Source: Harriotta raleighana
Lineage: Eukaryota
Length of the DNA: 64,000 nucleotides
Assembly: GCA_050575255.1 (NCBI GenBank)
Contig: JBNZDD010013730.1
Coordinates: 3,547,538 to 3,611,537, forward strand
Direction of reading: 5' to 3'
Shown here: positions 12,445-25,715 of the stretch, piece by piece
Position numbering within the stretch: the first letter of the stretch is position 1
Layout: each line of letters starts with the position of its first letter
Notes under the pieces: model-generated
The model's input: only the letters and a program-made list of their open reading frames with translations
Told to the model about the DNA's origin: nothing
The model's database searches: none
Translations under genes and position numbers: made by a program

Positions 12445-13379
12445 TAGCTATTTTTTTTTAGATTATTTTATTTTTGGTTTGTTCTCAAGGTTAGGCAATG
12501 CAAAGTGAGGGCAGATTGCAGATCCGGCCTTGCCAGGCTCAGTGCACATTTCTTGTGTCCAAAATCCAGAAGTTTGCAATGAAGCAATTGTTTTATGGGA
12601 TTAAATATGTGAATTTGCTTACATTTTGGGGGTGTAAGCTTTAATTAACTGTAACAGCCTGACAAAATATCTCTTGGCTGCAGGAATTACATGAGATTGG
12701 TTCAGTGGCAAGAAAATACTGGTGTAAAAATTAGAATAATTCAACCCGTCAAACTTGACAAAACAGCACACAATGATTGATGTGATGTTTACAATCATTA
12801 ACTCACCAAAGTCATTTTGTCCATCCTCAACATTATTACCAACCAAAATCGATGTGTAAAATCTTGCCTTAGCCATTAACAAACCCTCAGAGCTGCATAG
12901 TACTGTACCACATTAGCACTGAAGGACCAAAAATATCACTAGGACTAAAAGTACAGCATAATAACTGCAAAACACAAAGGAGATTTTACTTATCTGATGG
13001 ACTGTAGGTTGCATAAATTAACTTACCTTGAAATATTAATGTGCTGTTGTCAGTTGACCAAAACAAAAATCAGTTTCCATGGGTTGTGCATGAGATAACA
13101 ATTAAAGTACTCACACAAGAGTCATCCAGCTACAGAGTAATGGATACACACATTACTCTGTAGATTCAGGTTTGCATTCCATTGAGAGTTTACCACTCCA
13201 GTTTACCAGAGTAAGATGGACCCAGCTGAAGGTATAGCATTACTAACCTGGCTATCCCACATAGATCGCAGGATAGAGAGGAAAACGTTTGCATTAGACC
13301 GAAATAAAGATATGTTATCATATTAATTTTGCAGGGCAGGAGATCATAACAGCAGAGAATTCTGTAACTCTTATTGTTT

Positions 13380-13805
13380 TGAAATATTTCAAAACACTTT
13401 AGAGACAGTTACTGTCAAAGTGAAACGGGCATATTTGCCTACAAATACACAGCTTCTCTTCTGCCAGCAAATTCCGCAAACAGCCCCGAGCCTAATGACC
13501 AAGTAATCTGGAGCATTATTGGTCAGCCAGCACACCAGGTGAAACTCTTGTTCTCTTTTCATGTCCATCTGAATAGACAGAGTTTGATTTCTTCTAGCTC
13601 CATGGATTCTGCCATCGGGACACTGTTCCTTCAGTGTCTGACACAGGGTAGATCATATTGCAATTATACTAGGTTTAACATCTCATCTGAAAGAAAGCAC
13701 CTCCAACAGCACAATAATTCCTAGTACTGAACAGAAGTGTCAATTTAGGCCATGCACTTGAACTTCTAACGCTCTGACTCAGAGGCAAAAGTGCAAGCCA
13801 AGCTC
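13380..13805 (-). mobile_element. Ancient tRNA-headed Deu SINE (SacSINE1-like), near full length, decayed
   Basis: GGTTTAACATCTCATCTGAAAG Deu motif; head CTCTGACTCAGAGGCAAAAGTGC is the reverse complement of the head at 31565. Confidence 0.7.
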
Positions 13806-15729
13806 CAAGAAATCTAGGAGATATTACAATAAACGAATATCATACAATGCTGAATTAATGTCCACGTCATTTAAAACTAAACTGAATCTTGAAGGCATAT
13901 TTGTTTATTATATATCATTATTATTGCATGCCGGCTGTAATAATAACTGCAATGTCTAATCTAAATGGAAAATACACTGCCAGTGATAGTGTGCTGCAAA
14001 ATGAACATGGTATTAAATAACTTTGCAACTCCAATAAGAAGAACATATATCTAATCTTAAAATAAGACATTAAAATACATCAGTAACTGCAGTGTGGATA
14101 GGTGTTAAAGCATAAAATATATGCCACAGACAATTAGTGCTAAATAATGAAGCATCAAGATCTTCCAAAAGTCATGAACAAGAGGCAGACACATTTAAAT
14201 CTTATTTCAATCTTTATTTTATAAATAATCAAGGCCTTTTTTTGCTTGTTGGAGAAGCCGTAATCTGATGCAGAGCAGATTATATGAAAAGGATGGCAAA
14301 AGAGGAAGCAGGGGATAATAAAATTGCTTGAATCCTAAGGACATACGATAAGACCAATTATGTAGTCACTTATTAAATGGATCCAATTATATGATGAAAT
14401 GAGACTAGAAGTTATTCTGCACAGGGGGTTTATTATTCCGAAATACTTGGCTCTGTGGTAGACATAATTAAGTAGCTGAATCCAAAAAAAGAAACATGAA
14501 ATACTTACATCTGAAACTGTTTGGATTGTTCTTTTAAATAAAGATACATGAAGTAAAACAATGTATTTTGCCTCTAAAAGCTGATTAAGTAGCTTTGGCA
14601 ATTTTACCCAGCTCAAGCTCCTATCTGTGTATGCACCATATTAATCTCCATCTCAAGATAATGAAGGAATAAGCTTCTCTTCAGGCCTTTCTCCCTGTGA
14701 CTCCTGCCACAGAAATATAATCACATTACAGAAAGGAAATTAGTGATATCCTGAGAGAAATAATGCCTTTTTAAGCTGTACTCCATCATTAATTTAGCTG
14801 TTATTTCTCTCAAAGCTGAGGTTGTGATTTAAAGAACATAAGAGCACCGAGTCACTTAATTCTCCTTTTATGTTCAAATAAAGCAGATTGACTTTAAAGT
14901 AAATCTTCCTTTCATCGCAAGCAAAGCAAAACTGTACATTCAGGAAAATATATATTAATTGATGGGTTTCTAAATAAAGCAAATGTATTCTATTGTAGCA
15001 AATTGGTTGTCTTGTGGTTTAAATTAATCTGTTCATTATGCATCTGATTATTTTGGTTTCAATCCACCCACATGAATATATTTTGATTCCTCACTTGATT
15101 TGCGACAATTGTTTTTGTCTCGTGAAAAACCACAAGGCAATTGATACACTGTCCGAGATTATCAGAGATATTGTAAACAAGACAAAAAGAAAAGACAGAA
15201 TTTAGAACATTAGGCGATCTGGCTGCCAAAAGTATACTTTCTGACAAGAGAGATCACAAACAGAGGATTAGCACATGACTGCATCTGCCATCTGGAACCA
15301 GGGCAGTGTACAAGTTCTCACCGCAAGCTTTTGATTTAAATAAATTCGGCATGGTAGAGAGTGTCAGGGTTCATGTCATACAGTTAAAAATGTACCGGTT
15401 ATTATTTTTGCAACGTCCAGGAAAGAATACAATGCTTTTGCTTCCCCTGAAATGCCATGGTTATTGAAACATGGCATCTATATTCTGATTTCTGGAGAGT
15501 TAACATGAATATTGTGAAACTTTGGTTACTTTGAAAACATCTCAGTAAACTCAGTACTTCTGTTCAGAGAGATTTGCGGTCCTTCTAGTGAAAAACTAAA
15601 CAAATAATATTGTATTGTTTGCACCTGAAGAAGTAGATGACTGAGTCTCCTAACTCAATTTAAATTGGTATTTCTGGCCATAAAGCTTTTAATAGCACTT
15701 TCTAACGGCTTCCATTTGGTTTAAGTGCT

Positions 15730-15885
15730 AGAAACAAGATCACAAGAATGGTTTAGATGAAGAAGACCCTTCAGCCCATGCAGTCTCCTATTTCCCAAAC
15801 ACACACCTTACTGTCCCCTCAGCATTAACTTTTTTAAAAAATGAATCCAGTGTCCTGCTCCCAACCACCTTCGCAGTCAGTCTCA
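15730..15885 (-). mobile_element. CR1-like LINE 3' UTR fragment
   Basis: TTAGATGAAGAAGACCCTTCAGCCC is the reverse complement of the 3' end type seen on + at 1-30 and ~30400-30440. Confidence 0.55.
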
Positions 15886-16131
15886 AGATCCCAATTGATT
15901 TTGCAAAGTATGCCCCAAATTTCAGGGAATATTTCCAAACTGAAGAGAACCTGTTCCAGTCAAGGGATGCACATGTTTAGGTTGGGGTGACTTCGATGAA
16001 ACGAAGGGATGAAAAGTGCGATATATAATGTAGTGGATTTCTGCTCCAATTGATGACCATCTGAGGTGAATCTTCCTCACGAATTAATGAAAATGGTTGG
16101 GCTGATGTTACTTATATTTATGTATAATAAT

Positions 16132-16335
16132 CCTGATAATAAATCTGATAATAATCCCTCATAAAAAGCAATAACAAATTGGTCAATTCAATCCACGACT
16201 GTTTGTGTGACACTGCTGTGCGCAATTGGCTGCCGCGTTTCGCCCACAAATATACAATCATTTCACTTTACAGTATATTCTTTGAAGCATTTTAAGACAT
16301 TTAGAAGACATATCAAAGCAAGGATTATTATTATT
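16132..16335 (+). mobile_element. Young Deu-domain SINE, 5'-truncated
   Basis: GCTGTGCGCAATTGGCTGCCGCGTTTCGCCCAC core and (ATT)n tail. Confidence 0.9.
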
Positions 16336-17654
16336 TAATTATAATTATAATGATTGAGGTTGCCATTAGGCCTGTGGCTCTTTTAACTTGAATTAAGTTG
16401 GTTATTCTGAGAACTATTACTGAAATGTGTGGATTGGATAGTTTGATTAGCTGGTAATAATGATCATATTTAATATCATATATTCTCCCTCTTACAAGTG
16501 GATATCTGATATAATTTTGTTGTTGTTGAAGTTCCTGTCTATTTCATTTCACAAAACTATCCATCAGAAATGCTCAACAAACCACTATCCGATAAGGTGA
16601 TTTTTTTGTGAACAAGATCAAACAACAAAAGAGTTTCATTTTGGAACATCACATGTAATGAAGCAAAAATCTGCTACAATAATCAAACCGGAAAGTTATT
16701 TCACATCTGTTTAATAATTCATTATTTCTTTGCTCCATTAGCACCATGTAACTTCATCCCTTACTATGAAAAGGTTAATGTATGATATTCCATATGCATT
16801 CCAGCTATTCAATTATGAGGTGATGAACAGATTTACAACATTTTAAAATCTGCATCCTTTATTCATATTTTGATTTATTTATGTGCGCTTTGCATTTGGG
16901 TAATTATGATTAAAAACTACATTTTTATCATAGATTACATTGGCATTAATGTTCCTACAAAACAGATTGAGGTATGGTGGCGGCCTTGGATAATCTTCTA
17001 AATTCAAGCTTTTGAAATTCAGCTGAATCTAGTCTGAGGCCCACAGTGCAGTAACCCATTAGAGAGGCAGAGAAAAAAGAGAAGTCAAAAGTAGTTAGTT
17101 GACGCCAAGGCTTTAAAATCTTGTGCAGTTGTGAGGGAGGAAAGACTTAGGGTAACAAGGAGACTCGTAGTCTTAAAATACTCGGAAAGGATAAGCTAAT
17201 AGAATCTGATAGTGTAATGTTCCATATTGATAGAACTTGTAGTGTTTTATTTAGAAGGGTTTTGAAACTGATAATTCAAGTGCAGTGATTCCCAGATCAG
17301 AATATCCCAGTTAACCCAAAACGAAGCAGGTGAATGGATTATGTTTGAACAGTTAATTTCCTTTTATAGATAACAAGCATCAAGCTGCCCCCTCTTTCTT
17401 CCTGATTAGAATAGAGACAAAATAGAAAAAAGCAAATGTGTTCTGCCCTCAAGGCAAATGAGATCAAATATAATGCTGCCTTTGGCAAGTTATTATCCAG
17501 AACTAAGCATATCAGACTCACAATTCTTTCAATTTTTCTTCATCTAGGTCCTACATTCTTATAGGTAGATAGTTTTGCACTTATCACCTCTACAACTATC
17601 ACCAAGACCGCTCAATTTTAAATCTAAGTTTGAAATTTCTTGGCAATTGCTGTA

Positions 17655-17995
17655 TTGAATTCTCTCTCCCACTCCCAACCCCAAGATTTTCATGAGGTTG
17701 AATCCTCAGTGAGTGTCTTTTTGAGTCACTCACGAGTTACAGCCCTGGAACTGATCCAAGATCTTCACCAGTAATGTTGTGATTGCTGCTTGGAAGCATG
17801 CAATAGTTACCTGGACAAGACTCCCAAGTCCCATGAGTGGAGCTTGTTTTCCCCCTCTCTCCCCTAGGAAGTGAATGGCCTCTGTTTGGCACTTCCCCGC
17901 AGCAGAGTATTTGATATACAGCACTGAGAGGATCAGATCTGCACTCCTCACCATATTAGCAGTAGGCTTTCACTGGCATATATCATCTAACTGAC
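17655..17995 (-). mobile_element. Possible ancient SINE remnant (family unassigned; similar pieces at ~44540-44770 + and ~55440-55570 -)
   Basis: GC-richer block; CCTAGGGGAGAGAGGGGGAAAA on - loosely resembles CCCCAGAGGCTGGGAGGGAAGA at ~44685. Weak similarity only. Confidence 0.3.
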
Positions 17996-18129
17996 TTTAT
18001 ACCACTGCCTTTTTGTTTGGTCCAAATCAAATTTCAGGTTGTATGATTAATGTGCACATAAAGGCTTACCAATGATACCAACAGAGTAAATGCTGATAAA
18101 GCCAAAAGGAGGCAAAAAGAAAGCTATTG

Positions 18130-18330
18130 CAAAAACAACTAAATTACACTTATATCGCGTCTTTCACGTCAGAGGAAATTTACTACAATAACGACTTGGA
18201 TATATTAGCACCCTCCACCCTGGACTGTGTCTCAGCGTGCTTCCCAATAATGGATCCTGGGCCCGAGCCAGCGGGAGGGAGAAAAGGTGATCAAAAGCGC
18301 TAGAGAAGGGAAAAAGGTGACCAAAAGCCC
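18130..18330 (-). mobile_element. Two L2 3'-end fragments
   Basis: Tail-like ACAAC..TT.CA.TTATAT segments, then GCTTCCCAATAATGGA...GAGCCAG..GGGAGGGAGAAAAGGTGA, matching the L2 3' UTR at 58338. Confidence 0.65.
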
Positions 18331-18631
18331 AAGAAAATTACTAGAAAAATATTCTATTTAAGGAAGTTAGGGGAAATTTTTTTTATTGGTTAGTGCAACA
18401 AAATATGAATTTTTGTAATAGGTTGTTACATTCAGAGCATTTAAATCTTCAAGCAAGCCAGAAATTACTTTTACAGGTGCTTTTATGCTGTTTTGTGGAA
18501 ATACCACTGGTGGTATTAGAGTGGGGTTCTTGTGATGAATCAAATTCTGGTAGAGTAAAGCAACCATTGCATAGTCTGAGCTCTAAATTGATAGTCAGCA
18601 TTTATCTTGACGTTGACACCTCATCCCAATA

Positions 18632-18705
18632 GCAACAACAACAACAACTTGCATTTATTAGTGCCCCGCACACTGCAGTAGTGCTCCAGAGTGTTTGAAA
18701 GTAAT
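18632..18705 (-). mobile_element. L2 tail fragment with (GTT)n
   Basis: CAACAACAACAACAACTTGCATTTATTAGTGCCC, same end as 58338. Confidence 0.75.
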
Positions 18706-20474
18706 GGAGCACAACATACCCAAAAAGTATTATTTAAAATAAAAGTATCTCTCAAAAGGTATCTGGGTTATTTTTGATAAAATATAATTAAAATGTAAAG
18801 TACTGAGAAGTGTCCCAAGACAGACCCGTGCACTGGAAATAGCACGTTAATGTTCCTTCATTTACAAAAGTCAAGGGCCCATTCGAACAGAAGTGACACT
18901 AGGCTGTAAAAAGTTTGTAACATAAAATGCACCATGGCATACAAAAATTCTTAATGTCATTGCTGGTATCAATGCTAATAGCAGGTATAGAATTGGGTTG
19001 AATGATCAGCTCTATTGAAGATGTCATGTTTGAGTGAGCCACAGTTGTATTACGTCATGCAAAGTAGCTTGAGATCTTTGTTCAGGGCCACTCATAGTTG
19101 ATGTTAAGGCAGACCTGTCATATGTGCTATGGGGAATCAGCGGCAGGGGTTATAAATATGGAAGATACACGATTTTAAGGACTTGATTATTGGTTAAAAC
19201 CAGAAAACTTAGAAAACCTGCCTGTATATTTTAAAAAGGTAATTGTCTTTGGTTTTTTTTTTCTCTGCGGAGTGAAATTGTGCACTTTATTGGGCGGATT
19301 CAATGAGAAGAGTTGAATTAGTCACATGCTCCTACATGCTTGTTAACTTCTTGCTATGCTGTCTTGTTAACAAATAGAATTTTCAGACTGTTACCTGCTA
19401 ATGAAAACAAAACAGTACTCTGTCAAATTTGTTAATAGCAGAACACTAATTGGTACCCTCAGATCTCAACAATGAACTGGTTCCTTTCATTGGAACGTAT
19501 TTTAAATTCTACCGCATGTGCTAAAATCTGTCAGTCCTCGAAGAAATCGTTCAAATTTTATAGCTGAAAACCTAATTATTTATTTTGGAAATGCTGTCTC
19601 GTCAATATACATTCTCTGGCTGAAAAAGAAAAACCTATTTATCTTTGGTTGCGTTTTGAGTTGCCACTACACAGTGTAGTGCTCAATACTTTGGAGCTGA
19701 TTAGGGGCTATTCAGGCAGAAAACTTGATCGAATTCAAACACTTTGAATTCCTTGTTCACTCAATAGTCTGTCAAAAAGAGCATTCAATGGTTCATATAA
19801 CAAAATCACCGCCTGACTAAATTGTTCGTTTTTTTCTTAACTTGCATATGGCGCATAAGAAAATTTTCAGCAGTCTTTCTGAAGCACCATAATGCTTTGA
19901 TATGGGAAACATTACCATAACAGCCTGCATTAGTGAACTTATATTTTATTCTTCTTTTCAGTGTACATAAAAATCCCAGATTAGGCCTTTTCTCTTTTAT
20001 TTCCTTTGAACTCTTTCAGGCTATTTTTGGGGACCTTTTTGTGCTTTTGACTGTGCTGCGCATTCACTGTAAAAGCAGTCAAGGCTGCTATATGACCACA
20101 AGCAAAACTGTGAGTGTCTTAAGTAGGGACCACACAACTCTCTTGCACATTTGCATATTTCAGTGGTGTGGTTCAGTGTGAATATAGAAGTAAAAAGAGA
20201 CCGACTATTTTAAATTAATTATCCTAATACTGTATTTCTGAGCTTCAACTGTTCCATTGAATTGCGTTGTATCATCTACTGTAAATATTAGGTAAAGTTA
20301 TAGGACACAAATGCGTTTTTTTTTGGGTAGGTGGGAGATGCAAAGATGCATTGGTGATTCAGAGTACTAAACAAAAAGTAGACACCCTGAAGTAAGTATC
20401 TCTTTGGACTCAAAAGAGAGCAAGGCCAACGCCGGGCTGCTCAGTTCATTTTCCAGTTCAGTAACTGTAGTAAT

Positions 20475-20606
20475 NNNNNNNNNNNNNNNNNNNNNNNNNN
20501 NNNNNNNNNNNNNNNNNNNNNNNNNNNNNNNNNNNNNNNNNNNNNNNNNNNNNNNNNNNNNNNNNNNNNNNNNNNNNNNNNNNNNNNNNNNNNNNNNNNN
20601 NNNNNN
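20475..20606. other. Run of 132 N (assembly gap or masked feature)
   Basis: Seen directly; flanks are unique sequence. Confidence 0.95.
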
Positions 20607-21044
20607 GTGGTCGCTGAAGTTTGATTTTTAAAAAAAATGAAATTAAAAAAATCTGTGGAAGATATTTCATATTAGGGTTAACCTAATTGTTGTTTATTTA
20701 TAATGTCCACATGTCATTCATTTCCTATATCGATGGAGAAAGAAGAGGGTAGAATTAGGCGATGTTCATGCTGAGCAATCGTCCTTGAGCTTAGCTTTAA
20801 ACGATGCATGTAGAATGTTTAATTTACTGGTGCGAAAGTAGGTTCCAAATAATTATTGCATTTGGATTTTACAGCTGAAAGATATTTGCGAATTAGAATG
20901 TGCGCTCTGCGATTTTTTTTTTGCCCCAGTGAAGTAAAAGTGTACAATTTGCTGCATTTTGTATTTATGTTTACTGCAGACTGCAATATTTGGCCCTTTT
21001 TTGTTGTTTGGGCCACATTATGATAGCTTTTTTAGTAGTAACGG

Positions 21045-21192
21045 NNNNNNNNNNNNNNNNNNNNNNNNNNNNNNNNNNNNNNNNNNNNNNNNNNNNNNNN
21101 NNNNNNNNNNNNNNNNNNNNNNNNNNNNNNNNNNNNNNNNNNNNNNNNNNNNNNNNNNNNNNNNNNNNNNNNNNNNNNNNNNNNNNNNNNNN
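21045..21192. other. Run of 148 N (assembly gap or masked feature)
   Basis: Seen directly; flanks are unique sequence. Confidence 0.95.
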
Positions 21193-23429
21193 CTTTTCAT
21201 GCCTTTGCAATGGAACACAGAACCCCATTGAAGGAGAATTATGTACAGAATCAAATTAATTCACATCCAACTTTACTCTCTTCCCACGTTTTAACTGGGG
21301 TGCACACCAGGCTCTTCAGAAGTTTAGCCTACAATCAATGGACCACACTGCTGTGTCCACTAAATTAAATGAATCAGTGCAGAAAAATCTCTTGTGTGAT
21401 ATTAAAAGGGTGAAAGACTGTTTAATTCAAATCCTTCCGAGGAGGCTTTTTTTTTTCCAGCCTCTTCAACAAAGTACAGTACAAACTTGCAACAAAATCC
21501 TTTCAAGTCAGTGCACAAAAAATTAAAATGGGTACAGCCTAGTGCAGTTGTATGTGAAGCGCTTTGTATACCCAGTCCCATGTTTTTGTCTGATTTTAAT
21601 CAAAATAACTGCATACTATATTTCATTCATTTCTATAAATGACCCAGTTAAAGTCAAAAGTTTGAACGTAAAGTACTTTAAATATCTTAAAATATATAAA
21701 TACAAACAGTAAAATATAAATCCACATGCACAGCCCTAAACATGTTTGCATGTATTTAGCTTTGATTTGATATTTCAGTTATCTTATTTACTCGGGTGGT
21801 TCTCAGTTTACGAAAGTGTTAACTTTAAAGAACACTTCTGATATAAAGCAGAGAAATAACATTAGGTGTTTAAAGGTTAAGCCACATTGACAAAATAACA
21901 TTCAAAGTGAACAAAATATGGGGAAATCCTGCAGTGCACGACATAAAGCATGGGGTTAAGCTTATTGTAAACACATTTTATTCCTTCAGCGAGTTCTTCC
22001 GAATTCTTGAGAATGATTCCCCTGCTGATGGCAGCCTTAATGGTGTTATCTTGGGAGTGGACCACAATCAACCCTACTGCAGATATTTATAAAAAAATGT
22101 CTCCATGCTCTATGCAACAGTAATTTCCCCCCCTCGTCCCACTCCATACATATTTACTAACAAATTGACCATCCTTTACAAAGCAACGGTTGTGATTACT
22201 ATATACAAGATCTATAATGCACTTTAGTGAATTGAATATATCCAAGTGGTCAATAAAAAACTTTCACATCAGCCCAACACAGGAAAAATGTTGTTTAAAG
22301 GTATATTTGAGTTTAAGAGATTGTGATTTAAAGAAATATATCACGATTGATAAAGTGAGTGACGTCAAATCATTTGGCCACTGAAATCTATGCTTTATAA
22401 ATTCTTGGGGGAAAAAATCCACTTAGGTCTAGATTTATGTTATTCATGTAACATTTCCGAGCGTGAATGACTTCTTTACTGATATTAGGATCTTTGTCTC
22501 ACCCAGGTCAGATCAGCAATCTCTTTTGTGGAAAAACACTTGTGTGTCGAGACATGTATCTTCACAGCTCAGGTCACTCATTTGCTACCAGGATTGACTG
22601 CTTCCAAGATTTCTTTACCTATATTGAATGTTTATCCTCTAAAGATAATCCTTACTGTTTTATAGTAAACACTAGATATAATTTGTTGCTTATTTTCAAG
22701 AGAACATATTTGACTATTAATCATATTTGAGTCTTTGTGTTCTATATTTTAATGTTTTGCAAAAACTAACAGCGTAAAATATGCAATGTTTCTAATATCT
22801 GGTATCTTATCATACAACCATGTCTTAGATCTGTTCATTTTATTTAAATAATTGTGTTTTTGCTTTGAAAATTCTCAAAAAATATTTATTCAGTCTGTAG
22901 CTTGGCTGGGCTTAGTGGTTGAGTGTTGAACAAATCATTGGATGATTTAGTGCCATTAACATTTCATTATTAATGATTAAAGATACATGATTCCATTGTT
23001 ATTGCTTATTGTGCATGACTATGTAATTGGAGGTGAGGCAAAAACTCTGAGATGTTAAGTACCGTTAAGTTCCTAATGCTACAAGATTTCATTGAATCTC
23101 ATACTCAGCGATACATAGTGCTGATGAGGTTTCCTGGATTCAGTCGCAAAGTTGGATGGAAATTAAAATTACAATTCGTATGTCGGACTTATTAATGGTG
23201 ATAATTATCATACATCAAGTCATCCTTCCACCCGACCCCTCACCACCATGATATCCCATACCCTTTAGAGTAAGAAGACGATACACCCACAAATCTACAC
23301 CCACAACTGGTCTAGTGTTGCTATTATGTGTTCTTGCATCCAGAATTCTTTTGATAACATCCACCGAGAGAATTCAAGGTTGGGAAAACATTTGGAATTT
23401 CCTGGTGTATCTTGGTGGCCACTATGTAA

Positions 23430-23830
23430 CTGGTACGTTTATGACGGTGCAAACTAGCTCAGGGGCAGCGAGCAGAGAGATCAGGCAAGCCAATGAGGGC
23501 TCTTTTTGAGGAAGGAGAAAAAAAACAGTTACGCCGAATAAAATATTAACGCGGGAAGTAAATTTGGCATCTGTTGCAATGGGAACGATCTCAGTCTTCA
23601 TTTCCAAGCCGACGGCTATTTTAGAAGAAGGAGGGAGATGCACAACAGAAAGTGTGTTTCAAAGATGAAATGACAATCTTGTATTGCAAATGTATCTTTG
23701 GTCAGTCCTGCTATGGGTTACTGCTGCAGGCGTCTGTTTGAAGGAAATGCATTGTATAAAATGGCTACTGAGACTCTGAGAAAAAGTGATGCGCGAATTG
23801 GATTTGGGCAGACATATTATGAGTTCCCCC
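23430..23830. promoter_or_regulatory. Candidate promoter/enhancer (CpG-retaining, motif-dense)
   Basis: AGCCAATGA (NF-Y-type, ~23489), GTTGCAATGGGAAC (RFX X-box-like, ~23573), AAAATGGCT (YY1-like, ~23758), several CpGs, no repeat similarity. Confidence 0.4.
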
Positions 23831-24539
23831 ACAGAGTAACTTTTCAATTGCCATTTTGAAATTGGGCTGAAAAATAGACACAAACCTTCGGAATAATTAG
23901 GTTTCCCACTATCCTCCGCACAACTGGTTTCATACTGGGTTTCCTGCTGAATACAGAAATCCTCTTCGAAAGGCAAAGCTACAGAAGAGACACATATCAA
24001 ATTTAATTCCTCAGAACTAGTAGACCACAGAAAGGGTACATAAACTGGACTGACATTGAACAAGCAATATTCAAAAAAAAAAAGAGAGGGTAAAACACTC
24101 TTGCCCCGTCATTTTTGGCAATATCTGGCATCGATGGACTTCTGGCAAGAAATCTTTCTCATAACAAGTCAATTTGCAGCTGTAAAATTCCTGGTGATCC
24201 TTTGCATTGCATATTAGGGCTACTGCCTGACAGAGTTGTGGGTACTTGTATGCAGGAGCCTTGTCAGTGCTTCCCTTTCACAGCACGGTGCATAGCGACA
24301 TGCTGGTTGTCACAGAATCAGCCTGACATACTAATGTGGCTTTGATTGTTGTGGAATGTCTTAACTTTAAAAAAAGGGAAGCTGATGCTTTGAGCCTCAG
24401 ATAGGAACTTATGCATGCATTCAAACTGCTTGTCTGTATTTATTAGCTACAGGCATTATTATTATATCTGTGTCCGTATATAGATGGGTGGGGAAGAAAG
24501 ATTGTTATGTGTGCACATCTTCTTGCACTTAAATTACAG

Positions 24540-24670
24540 ATAATGATAATAGTCCTTACATTTGATATAATGCCGTATCGTGTCTTCTAGAGGTCTCAAA
24601 ACTCTTCGTAGAATATTTTGTAAAGTGCATTGACTATATTTTGTGGGCAAAACCCGGCAGCCAATTCTCA
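24540..24670 (-). mobile_element. SINE 3' fragment
   Basis: Tail through GGCAGCCAATT matches the young family. Confidence 0.85.
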
Positions 24671-25374
24671 TGCTCTTACCAAGCATTATATGCGCCTACA
24701 ACGTTTAAGTCAGTACAAATTGTACCCAGGTATCATTAATGCTTGATAGCTCCGTGGTACTTTACACCAGTGTCCTTATTTTAATTGAAAGCTTGAAACA
24801 GAACTTGGGCTATAAACAAGATACTGCAGGGTTACAGTGACCTGGCCCAAATGCTGTACCTGTTTATCTGCTGCATCTCCAGCTATTTCGCAGTGATGAT
24901 CAAACGTGTTGCAAGGCCACACTGTTCCTGCTGGTCATGGCAAAATCTGAGTACATATGGCAACTTAAATGTTACTTCAGGAAACAAGAACAACGCACAA
25001 AGGTCAGCTAATCAGGGGTTAAGTTCATCTCAGCAAGAACAAAATTGCTAAGAAACTAATCAACAAGAAGTCACTTCAAAGAAAGTAGCAGATTTTATAA
25101 GCTTAATAGGTTTTGTAAGCTTAAAATATGCTTAACTGTTTGGGGTCAGACTCCTGTGGGGTTTTCATATCTGTTTAAGAATGTTTTGTTCAAATGTTCT
25201 GTTAATCGTCATTAGATGTGCATTCCAAAGTGTGCTGACTTGTAACTTTCTCATTTAGCATGTTTTGCAAAGGAGAAAAGTAATTACCGAACATTGCCTT
25301 AGAATTTATTTTGAAATGCAGGAAAGCCGATGGGTAAATTAATCTGTTGTTAACCTCATTTGTAACTCATGAAA

Positions 25375-25715
25375 CTAGAAAATATAGAATACTTACGGCT
25401 TAAAAATTGACCATTTGGCCCATCATGTCTGTCCTGGTACTTACTCCCCCACTGGGGCAATCCATGCAAATCCCATTCTTTTGCTCTTTTCCTACGCACA
25501 TGAATATTATTTTTAAAATATATATTTATGGAATCCCATTTTGTATATTGTTGTGGACTTTTGCTTCAACATCCGTTTGGATGAAGGGATTCCATATTCG
25601 AACAACTTTCTGTACAAAAAAAACCCTTCCAATCTTCCCCATGGCGATAATCCCCAATTTATCTCTGCCTCTTAGAGACTCAATGATTGATAGAAATAAT
25701 CTGCGAAGATTTACT
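25375..25715 (-). mobile_element. CR1 LINE 3' end, decayed
   Basis: ORF 25526..25774 contains GRVFFVQKVVRIWN (CR1 FFTQRVVxxWN); 3' UTR ATGGGCCAAATGG on -. Confidence 0.8.

Noticed and set aside
16738-16760. miR-29-like TAGCACCAT, plus other seed-length hits (miR-133-like at ~39359, miR-99-like at ~26702)
   Set aside because: Matches end after 9-10 nt with no supporting hairpin; the 26702 hit lies inside a CR1 fragment.
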